DNA of 64,000 bases from Longimicrobiales bacterium (GCA_965219445.1 CBDCNQ010000001.1:224001-288000); one strand, 5' to 3'; positions 31,287 through 41,498 are shown, numbered from the stretch's first letter. Translations and numbers: made by a program. The notes: generated by a model from the letters alone, not told the origin.

Positions 31287-32093
31287 TCAGTGTGTCATCG
31301 CGTAGATGATATAGTTGACACCCAGTTTGTACGCTTCGTTAGACAGATCGATCGGATACCAACCCACGTCCGAGTACTCCCAGTATTCCCCAATGTCATT
31401 GTTGTAGTTGGCGATCGCCACCAGGCGCCGGTCCGGATCGTTCTCCTCATGGAGACCCAGATAAACGGGCTCGACCCGGAAGGTAGGAGATGCCAGCGCT
31501 TTCAGCGACTCGATCCGAAAGAAGGAGTCGAAGATGGTGTGTGACTCGTCGAGCTCGACGAACTCGGCGTCCGGGATGACTCGTTTCATCTGTCGGTCGA
31601 AATTAAACCAATCGCCACCGCGAAAGTCGTCGGCGATCAGAAACCCGCCCTTGAGCAGGTAGTTTCTGAGCCCCTCCACCTCGGACTCCGTCGGATTCCA
31701 ATAGCCTGGCTCGGATATATACGCCATCGGGAAGCGGGTCAGCTCCGGGTCGTCCGTCTTAAATATATTGCCCCCGTCCATATAGGGCTTGAGGAGGGTC
31801 GTCTCCCGAAGGATGTTCATGAAGTTTCGTTCCGCGCGTGGGTAGTCATGCGCCCAGGGGGGGAGCCCGCCTCTCCTCCGGCCTCCCCCAAAGCTGCCAG
31901 TGTTGAGACCCACGCCGAAGCGGATACGTGCGAAGGTGAATCTGCCGTCGTAGGGCACATTGTCCTCTTGGGGAGCCCTCAGTTCATCGAGAGGACTCGG
32001 ATGTCCCGGAGCGACATGGGTGAGTGCCACGGACCCGGTGAGCACGGAAGCAGTGACGAACCCCAACAGTGGGAGGGGAAGGGGCGTGCTCAT
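31287..32093 (-). CDS. DUF4159 protein, exported
   Basis: Signal-like N-terminus; WAHDYPRAE, LRNYLLKGGFLIADDF, NNDIGEYWE, GVNYIIYAMTH. Confidence 0.88.
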   Translation of the reverse strand: MSTPLPLPLLGFVTASVLTGSVALTHVAPGHPSPLDELRAPQEDNVPYDGRFTFARIRFGVGLNTGSFGGGRRRGGLPPWAHDYPRAERNFMNILRETTLLKPYMDGGNIFKTDDPELTRFPMAYISEPGYWNPTESEVEGLRNYLLKGGFLIADDFRGGDWFNFDRQMKRVIPDAEFVELDESHTIFDSFFRIESLKALASPTFRVEPVYLGLHEENDPDRRLVAIANYNNDIGEYWEYSDVGWYPIDLSNEAYKLGVNYIIYAMTH

Positions 32094-34792
32094 TGCTGCT
32101 GGGCGGGGTTACGGGACGCTGGCGGATCAGGAGGGGCCGAATTCCCACCGTCTCTGAGATCGAGGAGTAGCTCCAGGCCCGCCTCGAAGTTCGGTGCGAT
32201 CTCGAGGGCCCGGAGAAGCGACCGGCGGGCTTGCGCCGGATCGCCGGCAGACACGTAGGCGAGAGCGAGGTTGTAGTATGCCCCCGCTAGATCGGCAGGC
32301 TCGAGCGCGACGATGGCCCTCCGCTCCCGGACCGCACCCGTTGCGTCACCACGCGCCTCGTGCGCCTCTGCCAGACGGTCGTGGAGCTCGACTTCGTACG
32401 GGTAGATGAGAACGGCCGCGTCCATCGCCTCGGCGGCACCCGCCGCGTCACCCAGCTCGGTCCGAAGCTCGGCGAGTTTGAGGTAGGCCACGTAATGGCT
32501 CTCGTTGAGGGCTGTCAAGCGGGCGAGAGCTGCCGCGGCCTGCTCGGTCTCTCCTCGCTGCTCGTGAACCTGGGCGAGGAACCAGTACGGACTGTCATTT
32601 CCTCCGTACTCAGGAAAGAGACGGAGCGCCGTCCGGAGATGCTCCTCGGCCTCCTCCAATCGCTCCTCCTGGAGTAACGCGATTCCGAGGGCTAGCTGCG
32701 CGGGAAAGTTGCCCGGGTTCTCTCTCGCCACCCGGGTCCAATCCTCGATCGTCCGGGGGTTCTGTGGGATGCCCGGGCTGTTGACGGGCGGCTCCAAGGC
32801 ACTCAAAGGAATGGCGAAGCGCTGCTGGAAATATTCATCGAAGTCGCGGTCGAGGTCGTCCATGCTGATGTCCAGGAGACTCTCCACCAACTCGGGCGTA
32901 GCCCGCCCGTCCCGATACCCGCGGAGCATGTCCCGAATGACCTGAAGCCCCCATCGCGACTCGATGAAAGCGAACACGAGCGACGCCTGCAAATACGAAT
33001 CGACGACCTGTTCGGGATAGGACGGCTGCACGAAGCCGGAGTTCAGCTCGCTTACCGGCAACAGCATGCCCTCCCGGTACCGCATGAGAAATGCGGGCCC
33101 CGCCTGGTGACCCCAACCCTCACGGGCCTGCCGCTGCTCGTGGACCGCCAACCCCTCGGAGAACCAGCGTGGGACTTCGTGCTCGGTGAGCCCGAGGTGG
33201 AACACGTGGGCGAGCTCATGCCAGAGGACGGATGCCCAGTTGAACTCGCCGACGGGTCGGGCGGCGGGTGAGTCCATGGCGAGGAGGCTTCCGAAGGTGA
33301 CGCCGAGCGCCCCCATACCCGCGAGCCCGACGGTCCGGACAGAAAAATCCGCGTGACTCGGATAGACCTCGATGCGGATGGGCAGCGGCGGCTCATACCC
33401 ACCGTAGCGCTCCACCAGAGCCTCGTACGCCTCTTCCGTGATCTGTTCGATGTACGGTTGCAACAGCGCCGATTCCCGCCCGTGTACTACGAAGAGAAAG
33501 CGGGGGTCTTCTTGACTGACGTCGTAGTTCTCAAAGGTGTCCAGCAGGTCCAGGGTGTTGTAGAACCACACGCTGTAAGGATCTCCCTCGAAGGCGGTTT
33601 CGAGGTTGGCCCGGCCCTCTTCGATCAGTCCGAGCCGGAGCTGGTTCATTCCGAGGATCCCGTAGGCTCTCCAAGACAGGGGGTCCACGGTGATGGCCTC
33701 CTCCGCCACGCGAGTCGCCTCGAGATACTTGCGGCTCTCGACACTCAGATTGGCGATGTCGTTGTACAGTCCCGCATACATCGGGCTGAGCGCGGTAACC
33801 CGGTCACGGATTCTGTCGTACTCCCTGGTCTCGCCACGCAGATAATGACTGGCCGCGAGAACGCTCAGCGCCTCGAGGGAGGTTGGGTTCACCTCGAGCG
33901 CCCTCTCGAGTTCGGATCGGGCGTCTTCGTGGTTCTCCGCTTTGAGGAGGAGTCTGGCCTTGAAGACCCTCGCTTCGACCAGATTTTCGTTCTGCTCGAG
34001 GGCACTCTCCACCTGACCCATCAAGCCGACCGTGCCGTTGAACTCCATGGCACGAGCCAATCCCAAGAGTGCGCGTGGGTGGTTCGGATTGCTCTGGAGG
34101 ACCTCCTTCATCGCAGCGTCGGCTTCGGGTCCATTGTACTTTTCGAGAAACAGCTCCCCGATGAGAATTCGCGGCTCCAGGCTACCGGGATCCAAAGCCA
34201 CGGCCTCATCGTAGGCTCTGAGTGCGTCCTGGAAGAGTTCGTGTTCGCGAATGCCGAGGTACCGAACCGCGGTGGCCACGGCGGTGAGGTCGGTCGAGGA
34301 GAGGGGCATCGACCCGTTGTAGAGGTCGATGAAGGAGTCGAATGTCTCGAACGCGACGTCCCGATCTCCAAAGGTCCATTCGATGATGGCGAGATTCAAG
34401 CGGGCGGATATCCGATCGACCGCACCACCCTGGATCGATCTGTTGAACTGATCGCGGGCTTGGTCTATCTGCCCCAACCCAAATAGAATTTCGCCTGCCG
34501 TATTGGCGATTTCAGGGGCGATAGCCGGGGGAGCCTGACTCACCTCTTCCAGCGCCTCCTCGTACCGACCGATCTCGGCCAGGGCGGAGAGATACGCCAC
34601 ATAGGCTCTCCGGTGGTCGCTCTGACCTAGATCCGGCTCTGGGCCCGATCTGGAGAGATCGCCGAGGGCCTCGATGGCCGACTCATAAGCCCCCGCCCGA
34701 AATTCGGAAATGGCCTCGTCCACCGTCTGCGCCGCTCCACCGGTGGAAAGGCCCAGGGCAGCGAGCGCGAACAGGAGAAGCCCGCGTTTCAT
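32090..34792 (-). CDS. exported TPR protein with zinc metallopeptidase (HExxH) domain
   Basis: Signal peptide, many TPR-like helices, VLWHELAHVF...VPRWFSEGLA. Confidence 0.88.
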   Translation of the reverse strand: MKRGLLLFALAALGLSTGGAAQTVDEAISEFRAGAYESAIEALGDLSRSGPEPDLGQSDHRRAYVAYLSALAEIGRYEEALEEVSQAPPAIAPEIANTAGEILFGLGQIDQARDQFNRSIQGGAVDRISARLNLAIIEWTFGDRDVAFETFDSFIDLYNGSMPLSSTDLTAVATAVRYLGIREHELFQDALRAYDEAVALDPGSLEPRILIGELFLEKYNGPEADAAMKEVLQSNPNHPRALLGLARAMEFNGTVGLMGQVESALEQNENLVEARVFKARLLLKAENHEDARSELERALEVNPTSLEALSVLAASHYLRGETREYDRIRDRVTALSPMYAGLYNDIANLSVESRKYLEATRVAEEAITVDPLSWRAYGILGMNQLRLGLIEEGRANLETAFEGDPYSVWFYNTLDLLDTFENYDVSQEDPRFLFVVHGRESALLQPYIEQITEEAYEALVERYGGYEPPLPIRIEVYPSHADFSVRTVGLAGMGALGVTFGSLLAMDSPAARPVGEFNWASVLWHELAHVFHLGLTEHEVPRWFSEGLAVHEQRQAREGWGHQAGPAFLMRYREGMLLPVSELNSGFVQPSYPEQVVDSYLQASLVFAFIESRWGLQVIRDMLRGYRDGRATPELVESLLDISMDDLDRDFDEYFQQRFAIPLSALEPPVNSPGIPQNPRTIEDWTRVARENPGNFPAQLALGIALLQEERLEEAEEHLRTALRLFPEYGGNDSPYWFLAQVHEQRGETEQAAAALARLTALNESHYVAYLKLAELRTELGDAAGAAEAMDAAVLIYPYEVELHDRLAEAHEARGDATGAVRERRAIVALEPADLAGAYYNLALAYVSAGDPAQARRSLLRALEIAPNFEAGLELLLDLRDGGNSAPPDPPASRNPAQQQ

Positions 34793-35787
34793 TTTCTCCC
34801 GCTCGACCGGGCCTGAATCTCCCTGTTGGTGAGTGCCAGCTCGATGAGCAGCTCCTCAAGGTCGCTGTCGTAGCGGTCCTGATCGATCTGGCCCCTCAGG
34901 GCGCGGAGTTCCTCGATGCGTCGCTCCAGGTCTACACGCTGCTCGAGGAGCGCCCTCAGCATCGGATCGTCGGTGGCGCGTGCCGCGGCCAGCGTCGGGT
35001 CGGGGGCCAAGAACATCGTTCGTGCGAACGCACCATCCACCGCGTCCACCAACTCGGTGCTGCCCTCCCCATCGCCGTTGTCGTCGAGCACGGGATGCTC
35101 GGTGGCGATCCGGTTCGAAGTCTCATACTCCCGTGCCACTTCGGTGCGCGCGAACTCGAACGCCTCCCAAACCGACACGCGCCCATCCTTGTCCAGGTCG
35201 GCCGATGCACCGGCGAACGCATCGACGAAGTAGCCTCCGAAGACGGTCTCGTTTCTTTCTCTTCCGGTTCTGGTCGCGGTGACGATGGTGCGCTCGGCCC
35301 CCGAGAGCGCCTTCACGAACTCTCCGCTCGCACTGGCGAGGTTTACGAACGCCACTCGCCGATCGGTGAGTTGATCCAAATGAAGGCCGAAGTCCTCCGC
35401 GGTGAGGTCGGGGCCCGCGAGGTTGAAGCGAGACTCTCCGTTGGTGTAGCTGCCATGCCCGATCAGCACGACGAAAATGTTGTCACCCGGTTGGGAGTGC
35501 GCGGCGAGGTCCGTGAAAGCCTCATCTACATTATCCCGGGTCGAGCGGCCCTGGATGCGTGGATGGGCGGCTGCGTCCTCAGCGAGGTAGGTGATGTTCT
35601 TGGCTGGGATAGCGGAGGTCTCGCCGGCCGCGTCGACGAAAGCGACACCCCACTCCAGGAATCGCTCACTGTAGACGGGGTCGCCCCCGAGTCCAGTAAT
35701 CACGAGGACGTGGGTGTCCTGGCCGAATACCGGTTGGACGGCCGTCACGAAGAGCATGACGGTGGCGAGCGTGCCTCGGAAGATCAT
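34789..35787 (-). CDS. exported caspase/legumain-fold-like protein
   Basis: Signal peptide; HVLVITG, VLIGHG, FVNLASASG, DLDKDGRVSVWEAF; C-terminal coiled coil. Confidence 0.65.
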   Translation of the reverse strand: MIFRGTLATVMLFVTAVQPVFGQDTHVLVITGLGGDPVYSERFLEWGVAFVDAAGETSAIPAKNITYLAEDAAAHPRIQGRSTRDNVDEAFTDLAAHSQPGDNIFVVLIGHGSYTNGESRFNLAGPDLTAEDFGLHLDQLTDRRVAFVNLASASGEFVKALSGAERTIVTATRTGRERNETVFGGYFVDAFAGASADLDKDGRVSVWEAFEFARTEVAREYETSNRIATEHPVLDDNGDGEGSTELVDAVDGAFARTMFLAPDPTLAAARATDDPMLRALLEQRVDLERRIEELRALRGQIDQDRYDSDLEELLIELALTNREIQARSSGRK

Positions 35788-38075
35788 ACGAGACCCCTCT
35801 TCCGCCTGTAGACCCATTCGGCCGCCATCAAGCCCAGGACCAGAAGTAGCAGGATCGGCATGTCCCAGAGATCCCTCTCCTCGGTGAGCGTGACCCCGGC
35901 TCCGGTCAGACCGAGGTCCTCCGGAAGGGTCGCCACGTTATCCGGTGTGTAGAACAGTCCTCCGGTCTGGTCGGCAACCCGGCTCAACGTAGTTCCCCGC
36001 ATGCTCGCGTCGAAGTACTCGTCATCCGAGGGCGCCACATTTACGTAGGTGACGGCTGTTCCGATGGTGTCTCCAGCGCGGGTGGCGCGTACGGAGACCT
36101 CGTACAGCCCCGGTCCGGCCGTCGGAAATCCACCGTCGTAGTGCCCGTCCTGCTCTACATCCCAGTCCAGGGGGACCGTCGTGGAATCGCCGGACGGATA
36201 ATATACCACGGCGACGACGTTCCCGTTGTTCACCTCCGCATACGCTGAGTCTCCGACCTCGACCGCAAGATTCACGGGTTGCCCCGGCTCCACCACTTCA
36301 CGCTCGCTTTGGGCCTCGACCTGGTCAGGCACACCGTCCGCCAGCCAGCGGAGAAGTTGGCGCCAGAACGTCTCGTGGGTCTGGTCTTCGAGCGGGATGT
36401 CGGCGTGCATCTGCCAAGTCCACGAATCCTGGATCGGCAGTGCGATCACCTTGCCACGGCCATACCGATGGAAGGCGAGAACGACTTGGCGATCACGGTC
36501 GTCCTCCGAGCCCCCGGTAAGGAGGCCGGTCGCGCCGGGCTTGAGACGCGTGATGGGATTCAGGGTCGTCACGGGCGGAAGGGATTCCCACCGTTCCAGG
36601 ACCGCCTCGCTGTCTTCCTGTCCCAGTTGCGTGGTGGGATGAGTGAGACCCGTTCGCGTAGGAGTGATGAAGAGTTCGGTGGAGTAGGGCTCGGCCCCAG
36701 TGCTCAGTTCGTCGTCCATGAACACGGGTAGAGCCTCCGCCAAGCGGGTGCCTTGATAGCTCCCCTCCGCGAACGCGTTCCGGCCACCAAGGACCAAGAG
36801 GCCACCGCCCCGCTGGGACACGAAATCCGCGATCATGTCGAGTTGATCATGCGTGAAAAAGCTCGCCTCCACGCTCCCGAGGATCAGCGCCCGGTAGCGA
36901 AACAGCTCTTCCCGCGTCTTCGGAAAACCGGCGGCGAGTTCCTCGGCGTCGTCCACGTCCAGGCGGAGGAATTTGCTTTCTGCCGTGCGTTGAAGAACCA
37001 CGACCTGGAGGTTCTCGTCCTCGGACACCGCACGGCGTAGGAACTTGACCTCCCAGCGAGGCTCCCCCTCGAAGTAGAGGATCTTTTCGGCCTCATTCAC
37101 GACGTCCACCAAGACGTCCCGGACGTTGTTCTCGGGTACCCGCTCTCTCTCCTGCGGAGAGACTCGGAATCGGAGCAGACGCGGTCCCGGGTCCTCGGCC
37201 TCGATCCGGACCCTGGCGACCACGGGCTCGCCATCGCGCTCGAAGGTCACGTCCTCCGAGGCCAGAAGCACACCCGCGTCTTCCACCAGGAGTTGGACCG
37301 TCCGCCCTGAGTATCCACGGTGGGACACGACGACGTCGACCACCAATGACGTTCCGACGAGGACCGTCCGCGGCATCTCCACACGGCTGATTTGCACGTC
37401 CGGTGACAGGTCCTCCTCGCCCAGGCCCACCGTATAGACGGGAACGCCCGCGGCCTGGAGCGGGAGGAGCGACTCGGCCAGGGCCGCGCCGGAATTGTCG
37501 GCGCCGTCAGACACGACAACCAAGCCTGAGACCGGCACGCCGGCCAACTCCTCTTGAGCCCGCACCATCGCGTTGCCGAGGTCTGTTGCGGTGCCCGAGT
37601 AGGATAGATCGTCCATGGTGTTGAGGCGGCTCGCTTCACGGCTGAACCGGAAGAAACGGAGCGTGAATTTTTCCGACAGAGCGGTCAGAAGTTCGCTACC
37701 CTCACTTCCGAAGGTCGACCGGACGAAATCGCTTCTGGCCACGCCGTCTTCGTCCGCAATCCGCATGCTCTGCGAGTCGTCGATCAAAATGCCGACGAAG
37801 TTCCTTTGTGGGACGACCGAAGTGAGTATGAGCGTGGGCTGGAAGAGAATGAACACGAGCACGGCGACCAAGCCGAGCCGTATCGCAGCCATCACGGCCC
37901 GGTCCATTCGGTGGCTGTCTCCTCTGGCAGCACCATACGTGACCAGGGCGGGAATGGTCACCAGCGCCACGCCACCGAGAGTGAGCAGAGCCGGCCAGGG
38001 TGAGGCAAACGTGAAATCCCCCTCCTGAAAAAGGAGAAGCCTGTACTTGAACAGGAACTCGAAGATCGACTCCAT
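35784..38075 (-). CDS. membrane protein with VWA and class I glutamine amidotransferase-like domains
   Basis: TMs; DDSQSM MIDAS, SDGADN; ILYFEGEPRWEVKFL, GGGLLVLGG, YGRGKV, FWRQLLRWL, C-terminal EWVYRRKRGL. Confidence 0.85.
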   Translation of the reverse strand: MESIFEFLFKYRLLLFQEGDFTFASPWPALLTLGGVALVTIPALVTYGAARGDSHRMDRAVMAAIRLGLVAVLVFILFQPTLILTSVVPQRNFVGILIDDSQSMRIADEDGVARSDFVRSTFGSEGSELLTALSEKFTLRFFRFSREASRLNTMDDLSYSGTATDLGNAMVRAQEELAGVPVSGLVVVSDGADNSGAALAESLLPLQAAGVPVYTVGLGEEDLSPDVQISRVEMPRTVLVGTSLVVDVVVSHRGYSGRTVQLLVEDAGVLLASEDVTFERDGEPVVARVRIEAEDPGPRLLRFRVSPQERERVPENNVRDVLVDVVNEAEKILYFEGEPRWEVKFLRRAVSEDENLQVVVLQRTAESKFLRLDVDDAEELAAGFPKTREELFRYRALILGSVEASFFTHDQLDMIADFVSQRGGGLLVLGGRNAFAEGSYQGTRLAEALPVFMDDELSTGAEPYSTELFITPTRTGLTHPTTQLGQEDSEAVLERWESLPPVTTLNPITRLKPGATGLLTGGSEDDRDRQVVLAFHRYGRGKVIALPIQDSWTWQMHADIPLEDQTHETFWRQLLRWLADGVPDQVEAQSEREVVEPGQPVNLAVEVGDSAYAEVNNGNVVAVVYYPSGDSTTVPLDWDVEQDGHYDGGFPTAGPGLYEVSVRATRAGDTIGTAVTYVNVAPSDDEYFDASMRGTTLSRVADQTGGLFYTPDNVATLPEDLGLTGAGVTLTEERDLWDMPILLLLVLGLMAAEWVYRRKRGLV

Positions 38076-38094
38076 CAGCGTGGACCCTCGGTCA

Positions 38095-38964
38095 TCAGTG
38101 GCTCATCGCATAGACAATAAAGTTAACGCCCATCTCGTAGGCGTACGTCGAATATTTTAGAGGATACCGGGGGTTGTCCGCCCACTCCCAGGCATCGCCC
38201 AGGTCGGTGTTGAAGTTGATGATGACCATGAGGCGGCCTTTATCGTCGTGGATCCCCCTAACCACGGGAAAGCACCTTACGCGGCATTCCCAGGTCGGAC
38301 CCCCGTAAACACCGTTGCCCACGTTCGGTACCTGGAGAATCTCCTCGATTTCATAGAACGTCGTGAAAATCGGATGGTCGAGTGTCAGGTCGACGATTTC
38401 GTACTCGGGGAGAACCTGTCGGATCTCGTACTCGAAGTTTTGCCACTCCCGGGGGCCCCAGAAGTCGTCGATGACCAAGAACCCGCCCGCGAGCAGGTAG
38501 TTTCGAAGTCCCTCGATTTCGGGTGGGCTGAGCGACATCCTTCCCACTTCGAGCGCATACAAGAAGGGGTAACTCCTTATGTCGGGCTCGGGGAGCTGCA
38601 CCACGAATTCCCGTTCATAGGCATCGAGGTTCGGGAGCAGCCGATCGATGAACGAGAGGAAGATCTGGTCCGCCCTCGGAAAATCGGTCCTCCAGGATCT
38701 CCCTCTGCCACGGAACCCGCCGTACCCACGGTAGGCGACACGAGAAAAGTAGAACTCACGCGGGACGCCGCTGGTTTGGATTTGGAGCGCGCCGTAGGGG
38801 CCCTCGCTCCGGACCCGGATTTCATCGGAGGTCCGAGGCTCACCGAGGGCAGAAAGAGTCCCTGGCTGTGGGTCGGTGTTCGTGGTGGCGTCCGTCGTCA
38901 CCGGTGGGGAGCCGAGCAAGACGATCAGTGCGACTAAACCCACACAGGACCATAGTGCTCGCAC
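38095..38964 (-). CDS. second DUF4159 protein, exported
   Basis: WRTDFPRAD, LRNYLLAGGFLVIDDFWG, NTDLGDAWEW, GVNFIVYAMSH; GTG start after GGAG inferred. Confidence 0.86.
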   Translation of the reverse strand: MRALWSCVGLVALIVLLGSPPVTTDATTNTDPQPGTLSALGEPRTSDEIRVRSEGPYGALQIQTSGVPREFYFSRVAYRGYGGFRGRGRSWRTDFPRADQIFLSFIDRLLPNLDAYEREFVVQLPEPDIRSYPFLYALEVGRMSLSPPEIEGLRNYLLAGGFLVIDDFWGPREWQNFEYEIRQVLPEYEIVDLTLDHPIFTTFYEIEEILQVPNVGNGVYGGPTWECRVRCFPVVRGIHDDKGRLMVIINFNTDLGDAWEWADNPRYPLKYSTYAYEMGVNFIVYAMSH

Positions 38965-39433
38965 GATACGCTCCAGTCCCTCGTCGGTGAAATTTTCTTC
39001 CAGCGTACCGGGCCGAACGGGTAGCCGCGACCCCCTTGACCAGCCAGGCATATCGATACGTCCCTGGGACGAGAAAGGTCCCTCCCACCCGGCGTGCGTC
39101 CGGTGGCCGACGACCCGGTGAAGCAAAAGACCTAATAGGTTCGTAGGGTATCCCGCAATGACGAAAACGACGTGTACCTTGCATCGAGGAATGGACATGG
39201 ATCCCTTGACAAGAATCTCAGTCCGTGATTTCGCCATTTTTCAGCTCAAGTTGCTGTAATTCGGGTCCTACAGAAAATTAGCCGCCGCCTTCATTCGCCT
39301 GCACTTCTGTCGGGGTCATGGGTACAGCATGATGCGCCCCGGCCGGGTGGCTCGACCACGCTATTCCCTCTAGTGTCGTGAGTCACGAATTCCGGCTCGC
39401 TTCTGATTCAGAACACAAGTGTGAGGTCACAAC

Positions 39434-39937
39434 ATGAACGCTGCGGTACAGGATGCCTTCAACGAACAGATTAAGAATGAACTGTCTTCTGGCTATCTAT
39501 ACCTCTCCATGTCCGCTCATTTCGATCAAGAGAATTTTGAGGGGTTCGCCCATTGGATGCGGCTGCAAGCCCAGGAGGAACTCGCCCACGCGATGCGCTT
39601 GTTCGACTATGTGCTCCGAAGGGGAGGCCGGGTCGAACTGCACGGCATCGAATCTCCCACGGCGGATTTTGGAAGGCCACTCTCCATCTTCGAGAGCGTG
39701 CTGGAACATGAGCGGGCGGTGACCGGCATGATACACGGGCTGTTCGAACTCTCCGGGAAGGAGGGCGACGCGGCGGCGCAACAAGAACTCCAGTGGTTTA
39801 TCGCTGAACAGGTTGAGGAAGAGGACCAGGCCTCGACGGCCCGGGACCGGGTGCGCATGGCCGGTAAAGACCAGGCCGCTCTGCTGATGTTGGACCAGCT
39901 GTTCGGTAGCCGTACTGCGGATCCAGGGGACACCTGA
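39434..39937 (+). CDS. ftnA: non-heme ferritin
   Basis: NEQIKNEL..YLYLSM, QAQEELAHA, LEHE, WFIAEQVEEE. Confidence 0.93.
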   Translation: MNAAVQDAFNEQIKNELSSGYLYLSMSAHFDQENFEGFAHWMRLQAQEELAHAMRLFDYVLRRGGRVELHGIESPTADFGRPLSIFESVLEHERAVTGMIHGLFELSGKEGDAAAQQELQWFIAEQVEEEDQASTARDRVRMAGKDQAALLMLDQLFGSRTADPGDT

Positions 39938-40184
39938 TCGGGGTCATTGGCCGCTATGCAGAGTTGTTCAAGCTCCAGGCGGCAGGGTACCGATAACCGG
40001 CCCTGGGCGGACGTCGCCACCGCTCCGGCGGGGAACGTTTCCTCCCGACGCGCGGGGTCTGCGCGTAAAGGCCTTCGAAGAGATCGAACAACGCCGGGTG
40101 TGTCACATCGTTACAATTGTAGACCAGGCGCAACAAATCTTTACGTTATCGTGATATCTGTAATATTATGACACACTCCTCGCA

Positions 40185-40658
40185 CTATTTGGTGCTTGTG
40201 ATGCGCACGCCCTCCATGACCACCGGCTCGAGCGGGCGGTCTCCGGAACCGGCCGCCGTGCTGCCGATCGTACGGACAGTCTCTATGCCTTCGATCACTT
40301 TACCGAACACCGCGTGCTTACCGTCCAGCCAAGCGGTCGCGGCGAGTGTCACGAAGAACTGGGATCCACCGGAATTCGGCCCGGAATTTGCCATGGAAAG
40401 AACACCCTCCGAGTCGTGCGTCAGCTCGTCGTGGAATTCGTCGGGAATCGTGTAACCAGGTCCACCGGTGCCGTCTCCTTTGGGACAGCCCCCCTGGATC
40501 ATGAAGCCTTCGATGACGCGGTGGAAGACGATTCCGTCGTAGTAGCCCTTCTCGACAAGGTCGATAAAGTTCTTCGTCGTTTGGGGAGCCCGATCCTCGA
40601 AGAGCTCAATTTGGAAAGAGCCGAGGTTCGTGGTGACGTGCGCTGTTCGGTTTGCCAT
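40185..40658 (-). CDS. cyclophilin-type peptidyl-prolyl isomerase
   Basis: [38 protein letters not shown]. Confidence 0.96.
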   Translation of the reverse strand: MANRTAHVTTNLGSFQIELFEDRAPQTTKNFIDLVEKGYYDGIVFHRVIEGFMIQGGCPKGDGTGGPGYTIPDEFHDELTHDSEGVLSMANSGPNSGGSQFFVTLAATAWLDGKHAVFGKVIEGIETVRTIGSTAAGSGDRPLEPVVMEGVRITSTK

Positions 40659-40771
40659 GGGATTCCTTGGCTTGAGGACTCGGCGAGGAGGCGGGCCCGC
40701 CTCGACCGGAGTCCGGATAATCCGTAGAGAACCGAGTTCCGTCCAGTGTGGGGGCTAGTCTTCTTTAGGGG

Positions 40772-40996
40772 CTAGCCTTCCCTACGAGGAGGAGCTTTGG
40801 GTCGATCCATCACGAGCCCAGGCCCGCAAGCGGTGCAGATGAGCCAGAGTCTCTTTCTCACATAGGGGACATCATTTCGTGGAGGGACGTCGGTACGATC
40901 GAAGGGCGCTCCGCACCGAGGACAAGAAAGCTCGGACCCATCGGCAAGAGCGGCTCGGACGCGTTCGATTTCATGGGGTTCGAATGGTTCAGCCAT
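40772..40996 (-). CDS. small zinc-ribbon protein
   Basis: 74 aa with CPRCG and CTACG; GAGG upstream. Confidence 0.7.
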   Translation of the reverse strand: MAEPFEPHEIERVRAALADGSELSCPRCGAPFDRTDVPPRNDVPYVRKRLWLICTACGPGLVMDRPKAPPRREG

Positions 40997-41282
40997 ATGA
41001 ACGGGCCTCTCGAGTTTGTTCGAGCTAGCCGAATGATCCCCCCTCGGCTCGACAGGAGTCTGACGTTACCGACGGTTCTTTCCCGGTGCCAGGCTTCCAG
41101 CGGTCGTACTGTTCTGTTCGGTTCTGTCCACTCTCCCTGACTTCGACAACCTTATGGACCAGGGGCGGGTCTTCCCATACAAGCGACAATGGCTCGGGAA
41201 GAGGCGAGTACGCATCGTTGCTCCATGGTTGGGCGCATGCTATCGTCCAAAGCAGTCGCAACGGATTCAACGCGAGAGGCGA

Positions 41283-41498
41283 GTGGCAAAAGAAGCGATT
41301 GAAATCGAGGGATTGGTCAGCGAGGTCCTTCCCAACGCTCGATTCCGAGTGGAGCTGGAGAACGGACACGAGGTCCTGGCGTATCTCTCCGGAAAGATGC
41401 GGCAGCACTACATTCGGGTGCTCGAGGGAGATCGGGTGAAGGTGGAGTTGTCGCCCTACGATCTCAGTAAAGGCCGCGTAACCTACCGCTACAAGTAG
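41283..41498 (+). CDS. infA: translation initiation factor IF-1
   Basis: [48 protein letters not shown]. Confidence 0.97.
   Translation: MAKEAIEIEGLVSEVLPNARFRVELENGHEVLAYLSGKMRQHYIRVLEGDRVKVELSPYDLSKGRVTYRYK

Noticed and set aside
29954..31309. Long antisense ORFs (also 8988-10205, 19969-20910, 33353-34486, 59538-60362)
   Set aside because: They are shadows of well-supported genes on the other strand, expected in high-GC DNA, and have no recognisable motifs.
39274..39295. AAAATTAG upstream of ferritin as a second DtxR/MntR site
   Set aside because: Only one arm matches; the other (CCTTCATT) is poor. A weak half-site at best.
39954..40136. 60-aa minus-strand ORF after cyclophilin
   Set aside because: TTG start without an RBS and low-complexity Arg/Pro composition.
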